Below are positions 18,037 through 27,113 of a stretch of 34,326 bases of DNA, in pieces. Each line of letters begins with the position of its first letter. Position 1 is the stretch's first letter. The notes beneath the pieces were generated by a model. It made no database searches and was not told the origin of the DNA. It saw only the letters and a program-made list of their open reading frames with translations. The stretch is taken from contig JAJOLC010000019.1 in the NCBI GenBank assembly GCA_021129655.1, forward strand, positions 1 to 34,326, in the 5' to 3' direction. The stretch is from Minisyncoccota bacterium (GTDB lineage Bacteria > Patescibacteriota > Minisyncoccia > Phycocordibacterales > UBA918). Position numbers and translations under genes: made by a program.

Positions 18037-18250
18037 CTGGCTCCGGCGGCAGGAGTCTCTCTTGCTACACAAGCAGTATACTTTTTGGACAGACAGGTTA
18101 GCCCTGCTCCCGATCTGACTCAAAAGCTTTTCGAGTCCTGACGAAAGTGACATTGAGTCACTTTCTCCGCCGCGGCATAGAAAAATCCCCTTTCGGGGAT
18201 TTTCCGATTCCTTCCGCCTACGGCGGACAAAAATTTGCGAGTTGTACTGA
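18037..18250 (-). repeat. tRNA-derived structured element: 18-bp direct repeat of the tRNA-Asn 3' end, an inverted T-arm copy and several hairpins
   Basis: CTGGCTCCGGCGGCAGGA at 18037-18054 equals 18251-18268. TTCGAGTCCTG (18130-18140) and CCGCCG (18167-18172) occur on the strand opposite to the tRNA. Hairpins at 18117-18137, 18143-18165, 18182-18203 and 18213-18227. Confidence 0.75.
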
Positions 18251-18251
18251 C

Positions 18252-18327
18252 TGGCTCCGGCGGCAGGACTCGAACCTGCGACAAATTGATTAACAGTCAA
18301 CTGCTCTACCAGCTGAGCTACGCCGGA
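18252..18327 (-). tRNA. tRNA-Asn(GTT)
   Basis: TCCGGCG TA GCTC AGCTGGTA GAGC A GTTGA CTGTTAA TCAAT TTGTC GCAGG TTCGAGT CCTGC CGCCGGA G CCA; a full 76-nt cloverleaf with encoded CCA. Confidence 0.97.
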
Positions 18328-18432
18328 ATGAATAGGATAATAAAAGTTTATTTTTATTAGTTATCTGAATGAACGGCGAAAGATTTTTCTTACGCCGGAA
18401 TATTCTTCTTACCTACTTTCGTAAGTGCGACT

Positions 18433-18460
18433 ATTGTACCTATTTTTATGATTATTTCAA
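18433..18460 (-). promoter_or_regulatory. Promoter of tRNA-Asn (TTGAAA-16-TACAAT)
   Basis: Near-consensus hexamers about 105 nt upstream of the mature tRNA 5' end. Confidence 0.55.
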
Positions 18461-18497
18461 CATGCTAAATATCAATTAGTAATATAGACTTAACAAT

Positions 18498-19361
18498 ATG
18501 CCAGAACTTCCAGAAGTCGAAACTGTGCGAATGCAACTTCAAAGAAAGGTAGTTGGGAAAACCGTTGCTGACGTTGAAGTTTTTCATGCCAAATCAGTCG
18601 ATAACAACAGTAATATCGAGGACCAGTTGCGAGGTAAAACTATTTCTGATGTAGACAGGATAGGAAAACTGATGATTTTTTCATTTGTAGATGAGGATGA
18701 CTTATTCCTACTGGCTCATCTAAAGATGACTGGCCAGTTTTTCTATATAGACAAAACTGGAAAAACTATCGGAGGAGGTCACTCCGCGACAGCTGGCGAT
18801 ACCGAGCTACCAACGAAACATACGCGTGTTACCTTTCATTTTACTGACCGTACTTCCCTACACTTTAACGACATGAGAATATTTGGTTATGTAAAAGTTG
18901 CTACAGCTAACGAAGTAAGAACTGCACGTGCCCGATTTGGACCAGAGCCTATCAGCCCTGACTTCGACTGCTCATGGTTCCATAAAAAGCTAAACAAAAG
19001 GAAAACTCCCATTAAGGCCGCTCTACTGGACCAAACCTTCATTGCCGGACTTGGCAATATTTACGTAGACGAGGCGCTGTGGCGAGCAAAGGTAAGACCA
19101 ACCAGACGATCGGACAAGTTAACCAAGAAAGAAGCGGCGGCGCTTTGTGCTGCCGCTGGTGACGTCATGAATGAATCTATAGCGGTGGGAGGAACCACCT
19201 TTCAACACTTCGTTGACACAGGTGGAGCTAACGGTAATTTTTCAGACTACTTGAAGGTTTTCGGACAACAAGGCAAAGCCTGTGAGCGTTGTGGCAAAAT
19301 CATAAAGAAAATACGCTGCGCTGGCAGAGGCACTCACTACTGCACAGGTTGTCAGAAGTAA
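18498..19361 (+). CDS. mutM: Formamidopyrimidine-DNA glycosylase/AP lyase
   Basis: MPELPEVET, RIGK, HLKMTG, FNDMRIFG, LLDQ.FIAGLGNIYVDEALW, C-terminal zinc finger CERC...RGTHYCTGCQ. Confidence 0.97.
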   Translation: MPELPEVETVRMQLQRKVVGKTVADVEVFHAKSVDNNSNIEDQLRGKTISDVDRIGKLMIFSFVDEDDLFLLAHLKMTGQFFYIDKTGKTIGGGHSATAGDTELPTKHTRVTFHFTDRTSLHFNDMRIFGYVKVATANEVRTARARFGPEPISPDFDCSWFHKKLNKRKTPIKAALLDQTFIAGLGNIYVDEALWRAKVRPTRRSDKLTKKEAAALCAAAGDVMNESIAVGGTTFQHFVDTGGANGNFSDYLKVFGQQGKACERCGKIIKKIRCAGRGTHYCTGCQK

Positions 19362-19413
19362 CTAAATTGTAAGATATAATGAATATTATTTATTATTAAT
19401 AAACCACATACCT

Positions 19414-20619
19414 ATGTTCGTCTCAAGTGTTGGAATGTCTAGTGGTATAGATGGAAAAAATGCCACCAGTCTGGCAATTAAAATTGCCAAATCACAACTA
19501 CAAGCTGAATCCCCCAACGCAGCCATTGTCTTCGCCTCTTCTGAATTCAATCAACAGGAAGTGGTTGATACAGCTATGTCTCTTTTGCCTGAAGGAATTT
19601 CATTAATAGGAACCTCTACAGCTGGTGAAATATCTCAAAATGGACCAAGCGGTTCACCTTCAGTGTTAATAATGCTGCTAGCTTCAGACACGGTTGGATT
19701 CGTAGCAGCCTCAGTCAAAAATGCGGCAGGAAATGAGGAAGCGGCAGGGGCAGAGCTGGCCGAAAAACTGAAAACACAAACTGAGGAAGAGATTAAATTC
19801 ATCACCCTTCACAGCGATGGATTAACAGTTAATCCTAGTGCTATTTTAAGAAGTCTAGATGTTTCTTTCCCTGAACTGCCTATTACTGGAGGATCTAGCG
19901 GGGATGACGGTAATTTCAAACAAACCTATCAGTACCACAATGGCACTGTAATGAGTTCGGGGCTAACCGCTCTGGCCTTCACCGGTAATCTAAATCTAGC
20001 CATCAGTGTTCGTCACGGCTGGAGTCCAATTAGTGCTTTTAGGACCATCACCAAAACTGAAGGAAATGTTGTATATGAGATTGACGATAAACCAGCTATT
20101 GAACTTTATGAAGAATATATCGGTAAAGAAGAAGCCGCGAACCTTAAAAATGTCACCTTGGGTGAAGTTGCTTTGTCTTATCCATTGGGAGTTAAGGATA
20201 CCGAAAGTGGAGTTATGCTATTGAGGGCTCCCATAACTGTAGACAACAACGGTTACATAACTTTTGGTGGTGAAATGTCAGAAGGAGATCAAGTGCAGTT
20301 AATGATCGGAAGTAAAGAGCAAGCCGTCGAAGCAGCTAGGGATACGGCAGAATATGCTCTTAAAGAATTTGGAGAAAAACCGGGAGCTGCTTTGATATTT
20401 ACTTGCCATGTCAGAAACACATTATTTAAGTCACGAGATGAGTCTAAATTAGAAATTCAAGCTATTCAAAATATAATCGGAAAAGATGTGCCCTTAGCTG
20501 GATTCTACACCTACGCCGAACAAGCGCCAGTTGATGACACAAATTTAGACATAAAAACCTGTAACAGTAAAAGCCACAACGAAACCATTGTGACTGTATT
20601 ATTAGGAGAAACAAAATGA
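19414..20619 (+). CDS. FIST_N/FIST_C sensory protein (NosP-like)
   Basis: IGTSTAGEI, DGL, ITGGSSGDD, HGWSPI, ITKTEGNVVYEIDDKPA, YPLG, FTCHVR (SCxxR equivalent), AGFYTYAEQ, HNET. Confidence 0.9.
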   Translation: MFVSSVGMSSGIDGKNATSLAIKIAKSQLQAESPNAAIVFASSEFNQQEVVDTAMSLLPEGISLIGTSTAGEISQNGPSGSPSVLIMLLASDTVGFVAASVKNAAGNEEAAGAELAEKLKTQTEEEIKFITLHSDGLTVNPSAILRSLDVSFPELPITGGSSGDDGNFKQTYQYHNGTVMSSGLTALAFTGNLNLAISVRHGWSPISAFRTITKTEGNVVYEIDDKPAIELYEEYIGKEEAANLKNVTLGEVALSYPLGVKDTESGVMLLRAPITVDNNGYITFGGEMSEGDQVQLMIGSKEQAVEAARDTAEYALKEFGEKPGAALIFTCHVRNTLFKSRDESKLEIQAIQNIIGKDVPLAGFYTYAEQAPVDDTNLDIKTCNSKSHNETIVTVLLGETK

Positions 20620-21443
20620 ATAAAGAAAAACCTACAATAGAATCACTACAAGCCGAGATTAATGAACTTAACATTATTATTGTTGGATTAGAAAACACAT
20701 CTAAAATGTTAGTTCGCAGGGACTTAGACCTGAAAAAAGCTCATAACAATCTAAAATCTTTAGATAAGGAAAAAACAGATTTTGTTGCTATTGCGGCACA
20801 TCAGCTACGCACACCTCTAACAACGACCATGTGGGCTCATAAAATGTTTCTGGAGGGTGACACAGGTAATTTAACAAGCAAACAGAAAGATTTGGCGGAA
20901 AGATCATTCGCCAGCGTCAAACACATGCATGCACTAGTAGAGGAGTTAATTCAAGTTGATAAACTAGAATACGGTAATACCGAACTAAAAATTCAAAGTG
21001 GCAACATACAAAAACTCATAGAAACTATACTGGCTGAACATACCTTAAAAATAGCGGAGGCTAACCTCACCATTAATAAAAATTATTCTTATGCGGAACC
21101 AATTAGTTTTGACCCGTACAAATTATCAGACGCCTTAGGTAATCTAATAAATAATGCGGTCAAGTACACACCAGATAATGGTAAAATATCCATTACTATC
21201 ATTAAGAAGGCTAGTAATGTTTATATAGAAATCACAGACAATGGAATAGGTGTCCCGATCGGTGAGGAGTCTAGATTATTTCATAAGTTCAGTAGAATAA
21301 AAAATGCTGAACAGGTTGACGCCGGCGGATCAGGACTAGGTCTCTATATTGCTAAAAAAATTATAGAAAAGCACAAAGGCACCTTAACCTTTTCACACAA
21401 TGATGGTCCAGGGTCAACCTTTACTGTAAAAATTCCGTGTTAG
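20616..21443 (+). CDS. Soluble histidine kinase (HisKA plus HATPase_c, no sensor domain)
   Basis: H-box AAHQLRTPL, N-box NLINNAVKY, G1 DNGIG, F-box LFHKF, G2 GSGLGL; coiled-coil N-terminus; ATGA overlap with the FIST gene. Confidence 0.93.
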   Translation: MNKEKPTIESLQAEINELNIIIVGLENTSKMLVRRDLDLKKAHNNLKSLDKEKTDFVAIAAHQLRTPLTTTMWAHKMFLEGDTGNLTSKQKDLAERSFASVKHMHALVEELIQVDKLEYGNTELKIQSGNIQKLIETILAEHTLKIAEANLTINKNYSYAEPISFDPYKLSDALGNLINNAVKYTPDNGKISITIIKKASNVYIEITDNGIGVPIGEESRLFHKFSRIKNAEQVDAGGSGLGLYIAKKIIEKHKGTLTFSHNDGPGSTFTVKIPC

Positions 21444-21468
21444 TATAAATTTAATAAGACTATATATT

Positions 21469-21897
21469 ATGTCAGTATCAAAGAAAGTTGATTTTGCACT
21501 TGAATCTATGAAGCAAAAATCTTTGGGGTCAGTAAAGGTTCTTATGATTGAGGATGATTCTATGATTCAGGAGATGGTTATCATTAAATTGGTTTCTCAC
21601 GGCTGTATTCCCTATGCAACCAAAGACGGTTCAGAGGCTGTATCAATGGCTGAACAATATAAGCCGCATATTATAATTTTAGACCTAATGCTTCCTGGGA
21701 AAACTGGCGAAGAGGTTCTAAAAGAACTGAAAGAACACACTGATTTGTCAAACACTCCAATTATAGTATTCACCAATAAAAGTAGTCACGAAGATAAAGA
21801 AACCCTAATTAAATTAGGGGCAGACAAATACTTCGTAAAAGCTCAAACAGACCTAAATGATCTGGTCACAACCATAAAGGATCTGGTAAGTAAGTAG
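21469..21897 (+). CDS. Single-domain response regulator (receiver only)
   Basis: VLMIEDD, ILDLMLP (phosphoacceptor Asp), VFTN, GADKYFVK; no output domain. Confidence 0.92.
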   Translation: MSVSKKVDFALESMKQKSLGSVKVLMIEDDSMIQEMVIIKLVSHGCIPYATKDGSEAVSMAEQYKPHIIILDLMLPGKTGEEVLKELKEHTDLSNTPIIVFTNKSSHEDKETLIKLGADKYFVKAQTDLNDLVTTIKDLVSK

Positions 21898-21900
21898 TTG

Positions 21901-22563
21901 ATGCAATCCCAATTACCTCCGTCTTGGAATATTTTTTTGAATGAGGAGTTTTCGAAACCATATTTTAATGAACTTAAATCTAAGGTTGAAGAAGTCTATA
22001 AAGAAGAGTCTGTCTTTCCTGCTCGTGAGAATATTCTTAACGCCTTCAGTTTATGTCCTCCAGACAAGATTAAGGTTGTGATACTAGGCCAAGACCCCTA
22101 CCACAGCGAAGGGCAGGCACACGGACTATCTTTCTCAGTACCGGAAGGGACAAAAATTCCACCTTCGCTGAGAAATATTTATAAAGAAATTAAATCAGAC
22201 TTAGGTCAGATGATTCCAGAATCTGGAAACTTAGAACGCTGGTCTAAGCAAGGTGTGCTACTACTTAACGCAACATTAACAGTTGAAAGTGGTCTGCCAG
22301 GATCACACCAAGGTATTGGCTGGGAAATATTTACAGACGAAGTAATAAGTAAGATTTCATCTAAAAAAGAATACGTAGTTTTTATACTGTGGGGTAAATT
22401 TGCAGAATCAAAATCAAATTTAATAGATAACAACAAGCATTTGATACTGACAACGTCTCATCCTTCTCCGTTTTCCGCACATAAGGGATTTCTTGGTTGT
22501 AAGCACTTTAGCAAAACTAACACCTACCTAACAAGTCACGGACTAAAGGAGATTGAGTGGTGA
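21901..22563 (+). CDS. ung: Uracil-DNA glycosylase (family 1)
   Basis: GQDPYH, AHGLSFS, PPSLRNIYKE, QGVLLLNATLTV, SHQGIGWE, HPSPFS. Confidence 0.97.
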   Translation: MQSQLPPSWNIFLNEEFSKPYFNELKSKVEEVYKEESVFPARENILNAFSLCPPDKIKVVILGQDPYHSEGQAHGLSFSVPEGTKIPPSLRNIYKEIKSDLGQMIPESGNLERWSKQGVLLLNATLTVESGLPGSHQGIGWEIFTDEVISKISSKKEYVVFILWGKFAESKSNLIDNNKHLILTTSHPSPFSAHKGFLGCKHFSKTNTYLTSHGLKEIEW

Positions 22564-22564
22564 C

Positions 22565-22595
22565 AAAAAAGACCGGCGCCAAAGGCGCCGGTCTT
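22565..22595 (-). terminator. Terminator of the ATPase operon, convergent with ung
   Basis: AAGACCGGCGCC-AAA-GGCGCCGGTCTT with a T-tract on the minus strand. Confidence 0.85.
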
Positions 22596-22626
22596 GAAAC
22601 CTGAGAATTAGTATGGATTTGCTAAT

Positions 22627-23265
22627 TTAGGAAGACTCCACCTCTTTAGCCATAATCATGGCCTTTACTCTCATAGTAGAAACAACAGCATCACGTCCTC
22701 GCTCATCAAGTTGCATAGTAATAAACTTGATTGTCTCCTCAAGATTAGGGATTCTTACATTCTCCAAGGCTGACACACGACGACGAGTTTTTTCAATTTC
22801 TTCAGCCAGGTTTTCTGCTGTCTTTTCTAATCCAGCGAGGTGCAAAATATCAACAAAAACTTCGTCGAACTTGACCATCGCGTTGTCGAGATCACCAGTA
22901 GTTTCAAACATTCCGTATGAGAAAGCTGAGCCCTTTTTCTCGATTGAGAATTCAGGGATTTTAACAGACATAATACTGTTAACTTTTACTCCCAAATCAA
23001 TCTTGGCGTTAGGCACCATAAAGGCTGTCCCTAGCGCAGCCGCTGCTGTCATTCCACTAGCTCGTGAGTATGAATCAAAAGCTGAACCGAGACGACTTTC
23101 TACAGATTCACGCAGGTCTCTGGCTTCAAAAATAACCGCCATGAATTTCTTCACGAGCCCATCTCGCTTGTCTTTGAGTAGTTTATGCCCCTTCTTAGCA
23201 ACCTTGAGTTCTTTCTTAAGACGCAAGAGTGATACTCGGGTTGGGCTAACTTTTAATATGGCCAT
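22627..23265 (-). CDS. ntpD: V/A-type ATPase subunit D
   Basis: PTR..LL.LK..L..AKKGHKLLKDKRD.L and EIEKTRRRVSALENV.IP. Confidence 0.95.
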   Translation of the reverse strand: MAILKVSPTRVSLLRLKKELKVAKKGHKLLKDKRDGLVKKFMAVIFEARDLRESVESRLGSAFDSYSRASGMTAAAALGTAFMVPNAKIDLGVKVNSIMSVKIPEFSIEKKGSAFSYGMFETTGDLDNAMVKFDEVFVDILHLAGLEKTAENLAEEIEKTRRRVSALENVRIPNLEETIKFITMQLDERGRDAVVSTMRVKAMIMAKEVESS

Positions 23266-23380
23266 AGATTTTAGTAATTAGTTTAGATTAGGTGTTCTAG
23301 CAATTTCCTCTAGGAGAGGAGAAAATTGAGAACTAAATTCGAAATAGTCGCTTTGCTCATTTTCTCATTCATTATACCAA

Positions 23381-24775
23381 TTAGGCTTCTTCTTCATTAG
23401 TTACGGCTGGCATATGCTTTTTAATCAAGTCTGCCTTTACTCGCTTAAGTGAGGCTCGTGGTAGTAGAGAAAGTAACTTCCATCCAATGTCTAAAGACTC
23501 GTCTACTGAACGGTTTTCGTATTCACCTTGTCCTACGAATTCAGCTTCGAAGGCTGTAGCGAACTTAAGGTGGGCTCGGTCTGTATCATCTAGTGAAGCT
23601 TCACCAAGAACTACAGCTAGCTCACGTACTTCTCGTCCAGTTGCATATGAAGCAAAGAGTTGATCCTTCAAAGAAGAGTGATCGGCTCGAGTCTTTCCTT
23701 CACCCACTCCAGCTGACCATAGTCGTGAAAGTGAACCTTGTACATCTACTGGTGGGAATACTCCCTTCTGGTATAGCTCACGAGAAACCACGAACTGACC
23801 TTCAGTAATGTATCCAGTAAGGTCTGGTACTGGGTGAGTTTTGTCGTCATCCGGCATTGTAAGAATTGGAATTTGAGTAATAGTTCCAGACTTACCCTTA
23901 ACTCGACCAGCTCGTTCGTAAAGAGTAGAAAGGTCAGTGTATAGATACCCTGGGTATCCTCGTCGTCCTGGTACTTCCTTTCGAGCGGCAGACACTTCTC
24001 GCAGAGCTTCACAGTAGTTGGTCATATCAGTAAGAATAACCAGTACGTGCATTCCCTTTTCAAAGGCTAGGTACTCAGCTGTTGTAAGTGCCATACGCGG
24101 TGTAGAAATACGTTCCACTACCGGGTCGGCCGCTGTGTTGATAAATAGAACTGAACGCTCTAGCGCTCCAGCTTCTTCGAATTCCCGACGGAAATATTCA
24201 GCTTCTTCAAAAGAAACACCAAGGGTGGCAAAAACAATAGCAAAGTCTCCCCCATCTTTCACTGATGCCTGACGAGCAATCTGTGCAGCTAGTCGTGCAT
24301 GAGGTAGTCCTGCTCCAGAGAAAATCGGAAGCTTCTGTCCTCGCACAAGAGTATTCATGACGTCGATAGAACTAATACCAGTCTGAATGAAGTCATCTGG
24401 AAATTCTCGTGAGTAAGGATTGATTGGTTCTCCAGAAATATCTAGACGTTGCTCTGGAACAAGTTCTGGTCCATTATCAGCTACTTCACCAGCTCCGTTG
24501 AACACTCGTCCGAGCATGTCTTCTGATACACCAAGCTTCAAAGTTTCACCCTTGAATCGAGCTCGAGTACCGGCTGCTGTCATACCACTTGTTGGTGCAA
24601 ACATCTGCACTACAGCTTTGTCCTTTGCAATATCAAGCACCTTACCAAAGCGTGGCGCTTTTTCTCCTGGCACATTAACTTCTACAAGCTCGTCGTATTT
24701 TACTCCTTCAACCCCCTCTACCACTAGTAGTGGTCCGGCGATTGATGAAATGTCTGTATATTCTTTTTGACTCAT
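23381..24775 (-). CDS. ntpB: V/A-type ATPase subunit B
   Basis: [76 protein letters not shown]. Confidence 0.97.
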   Translation of the reverse strand: MSQKEYTDISSIAGPLLVVEGVEGVKYDELVEVNVPGEKAPRFGKVLDIAKDKAVVQMFAPTSGMTAAGTRARFKGETLKLGVSEDMLGRVFNGAGEVADNGPELVPEQRLDISGEPINPYSREFPDDFIQTGISSIDVMNTLVRGQKLPIFSGAGLPHARLAAQIARQASVKDGGDFAIVFATLGVSFEEAEYFRREFEEAGALERSVLFINTAADPVVERISTPRMALTTAEYLAFEKGMHVLVILTDMTNYCEALREVSAARKEVPGRRGYPGYLYTDLSTLYERAGRVKGKSGTITQIPILTMPDDDKTHPVPDLTGYITEGQFVVSRELYQKGVFPPVDVQGSLSRLWSAGVGEGKTRADHSSLKDQLFASYATGREVRELAVVLGEASLDDTDRAHLKFATAFEAEFVGQGEYENRSVDESLDIGWKLLSLLPRASLKRVKADLIKKHMPAVTNEEEA

Positions 24776-24789
24776 GATAAATAAATTAA

Positions 24790-26592
24790 TTATGCCAAGG
24801 CGCTGATATCAGTACTGATTCGTTCCTGATATGACTGATAATCTTCTGGTGTTGCTTTTAGGTTACCTTTAATTGCTTGGAATTCTGCAATAGTTGGGAT
24901 TTCTGCAAATGTCTTAAAGTCGAATTCTTCTTTCGTCACAACATCCTTACCTAGTTCGTAGAAAGTCACTAGTGACTTAAGTAGACTGTACTGATTAGCT
25001 AGCGGCGTGTAAGCATCGTCTGCATCAAACGCATTCTGGAAAAGAAAATCTTCTCGAATCATTCCTGCCACTTTCAACACAAGCTTGTCGCTGTTTGAAA
25101 GTGACTCCATACCTACCAGTCGCACAATTTCCAAAAGTGATGATTCTTTTTCTAGAAGAGTGAGAGCTATCTTTCTTACTTCGCTAAAATCTGGAGCAAT
25201 TTCTCGTGCCCAGAACTCTTCAAAGTTTGGAGCGTAAAGTGAGTATGATGTTAACCAGTTAATTGACGGGAAGTGCTTCTTGTAAGCAAGGTCTGAGTCT
25301 AGTGACCAGAAAGTCTTAGTTACTCGAAGAGTTGCCTGAGATACTGGCTCGGAAAGGTCTCCACCAGGAGGAGATACCGCACCAATCACTGTTAGTGAAC
25401 CGGTTCGTCCCTCGCTTCCTAGAGTCTTTACCATTCCTGCTCGTTCGTAGAATTCTGCAGTTCGTGATGATAGGTACGCTGGGTAACCTTCTTCACCCGG
25501 CATTTCTTCTAGACGCCCTGAAATCTCACGCATCGCCTCAGCCCACCTAGAAGTTGAGTCTGCCATAAGAGCTACGTTGTATCCCATGTCTCGGTAATAT
25601 TCAGCAATTGTGATTCCGGTATAAACAGAAGCTTCTCGCGCTGCCACCGGCATGTTTGAAGTGTTAGCAATAAGGATTGTTCGCTTCATAAGCGGCTCTC
25701 CTGTGTTTGGGTCGATAAGGTGTGGGAATTCTGACAATACTTCTGTCATTTCATTTCCTCGCTCACCACAACCAATGTATACGATAATCTCAGCATCACA
25801 GTACTTAGCAATTCCCTGCTGAGTCACTGTTTTACCTGCTCCGAATGGTCCAGGAATACATCCTGCTCCACCCTTAGCAATTGGGAAAAATGTGTCGATA
25901 GAACGTCCTCCAGTCCGTAGTGGTTCGTTAGGGAAAATCTTCTTAGCCTTTGGACGAGGTTGTCGAATTGGCCAGTACTGAAGCATTTCAACAGAAGCAA
26001 CGGTATCGTCTGCTCGCTTTAGAGTAGCGATTGTATCAGTCACTTTGAACTCACCACTCTCGATAGAAACTACTGTCCCACCTTCTGTAGGAGGAACCAT
26101 AATTTTGTGAACAATTACTGAAGTTTCTTGCACTTCACCAAGAACATCACCAGCCACAACAGTATCACCCACTTTCACAACTGGAGTAAATTTCCACATT
26201 TTCAACATGTCGATAGCTTCTGCTTCGATACCTCGCTTAATGAAACAGTTACCAGCAGCAGCTTCAATCTTGTGCAGCGGCCGTTGTACACCATCATAAA
26301 TAGACTCTAGAAGTCCGGGGGCAAGCGCTACAGACATAGTTCGTCCGGTTCGGTACACAACGTCACCAGGACCAATTCCAGCTGTCTCTTCGTACACCTG
26401 AATTGCGGCCACATCACCGTGCAGTTCGATGATTTCTCCGAGCAGTTTTTCCTCTGAAACTTTAACAACTTCGTAAAGCTTAGCTTCAGCCATTCCGCTA
26501 ACGCGAACTAGCGGTCCAGTTACACGCTCAATTACACCAGTTGCTACATCGGTGTTTGTTTGTGCTTGTGTTGTTTCTTGTGAATTAGTCAT
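24790..26592 (-). CDS. ntpA: V/A-type ATPase catalytic subunit A
   Basis: Walker [66 protein letters not shown]. At 600 aa it has no intein. Confidence 0.97.
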   Translation of the reverse strand: MTNSQETTQAQTNTDVATGVIERVTGPLVRVSGMAEAKLYEVVKVSEEKLLGEIIELHGDVAAIQVYEETAGIGPGDVVYRTGRTMSVALAPGLLESIYDGVQRPLHKIEAAAGNCFIKRGIEAEAIDMLKMWKFTPVVKVGDTVVAGDVLGEVQETSVIVHKIMVPPTEGGTVVSIESGEFKVTDTIATLKRADDTVASVEMLQYWPIRQPRPKAKKIFPNEPLRTGGRSIDTFFPIAKGGAGCIPGPFGAGKTVTQQGIAKYCDAEIIVYIGCGERGNEMTEVLSEFPHLIDPNTGEPLMKRTILIANTSNMPVAAREASVYTGITIAEYYRDMGYNVALMADSTSRWAEAMREISGRLEEMPGEEGYPAYLSSRTAEFYERAGMVKTLGSEGRTGSLTVIGAVSPPGGDLSEPVSQATLRVTKTFWSLDSDLAYKKHFPSINWLTSYSLYAPNFEEFWAREIAPDFSEVRKIALTLLEKESSLLEIVRLVGMESLSNSDKLVLKVAGMIREDFLFQNAFDADDAYTPLANQYSLLKSLVTFYELGKDVVTKEEFDFKTFAEIPTIAEFQAIKGNLKATPEDYQSYQERISTDISALA

Positions 26593-26634
26593 GATGTTCT
26601 TGTAAGGTGGGTAAAGTAATAAAAGTTAAGTTCT

Positions 26635-26762
26635 TTATGAGGAACGTGGTCGAGGGAAGTTCAAGGAGTTCAACATTCTGTCGAGGAAGTCGGAGTCTGT
26701 GCTACGGCGACCGAGAGAGAATGTTTGACGACAATGAAATTCACCGACCACGTTCCTCATAA
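26635..26762. mobile_element. 128-bp palindromic element with perfect 18-bp terminal inverted repeats (MITE/RPE-like)
   Basis: TTATGAGGAACGTGGTCG (26635-26652) and CGACCACGTTCCTCATAA (26745-26762), with nested internal stems AACATTCT/AGAATGTT and GTCG/CGAC. Mobility is inferred, not shown. Confidence 0.6.
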
Positions 26763-27113
26763 TTAAATAATGGCTGAGCCGACTGCCTGTTCTGCTAGTC
26801 GACGCAATCGGTCGAGAGCAAAACCTTGAGCTCCTTCTGGTCCAGGAAGGATTACCACTGCTGGTAACGGACCGGCCACAATCTTCGCGTATGCGTCATG
26901 GTCAACTGAAGCTACTAGATTTTCAATGACACAAACGATGGCGTATTTGGTATCGGAGTCTGGGTCTAGGGTTAGTCGCTTGATTTTATCTAGCTCTGCC
27001 AGTGCCTCATCTGATGTCTGAGCTGGGAAGGTTTCTACTCCCAAAGCCTTGAATCCAGACACTGTATCGGCTGGGCCGACAATGGCAATTTTGTATTCGT
27101 TATTCGTTAACAT
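26763..27113 (-). CDS. V/A-type ATPase subunit F
   Basis: KIAIVG..DTV.GFKALG, P.VVILPG, L.RLAEQAVGSAI; located between subunits C and A. Confidence 0.9.
   Translation of the reverse strand: MLTNNEYKIAIVGPADTVSGFKALGVETFPAQTSDEALAELDKIKRLTLDPDSDTKYAIVCVIENLVASVDHDAYAKIVAGPLPAVVILPGPEGAQGFALDRLRRLAEQAVGSAII

Noticed and set aside
18138-18170. Hammerhead ribozyme, suggested by CTGACGA followed by a stem
   Set aside because: The stem is followed by TCTCC, not the required GAAA, and stems I and III with a cleavage triplet cannot be built.
18037-18268. Prophage or integrative element at tRNA-Asn
   Set aside because: The att-like repeats are only 214 bp apart and there is no integrase or phage gene in the window.
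18031-18300. 89-aa ORF in the track
   Set aside because: It runs through the tRNA and the hairpin element and has no protein features.
22658-23281. 207-aa plus-strand ORF and the other antisense or nested ORFs in the track (for example 1233, 5124, 8661, 11384, 14705, 24420, 31159)
   Set aside because: They are shadows of well-supported genes on the opposite strand or in another frame and carry no motifs.
24790-26592. Intein in ATPase subunit A, a known insertion site
   Set aside because: The length is 600 aa and the GCGERGNEM region is uninterrupted.
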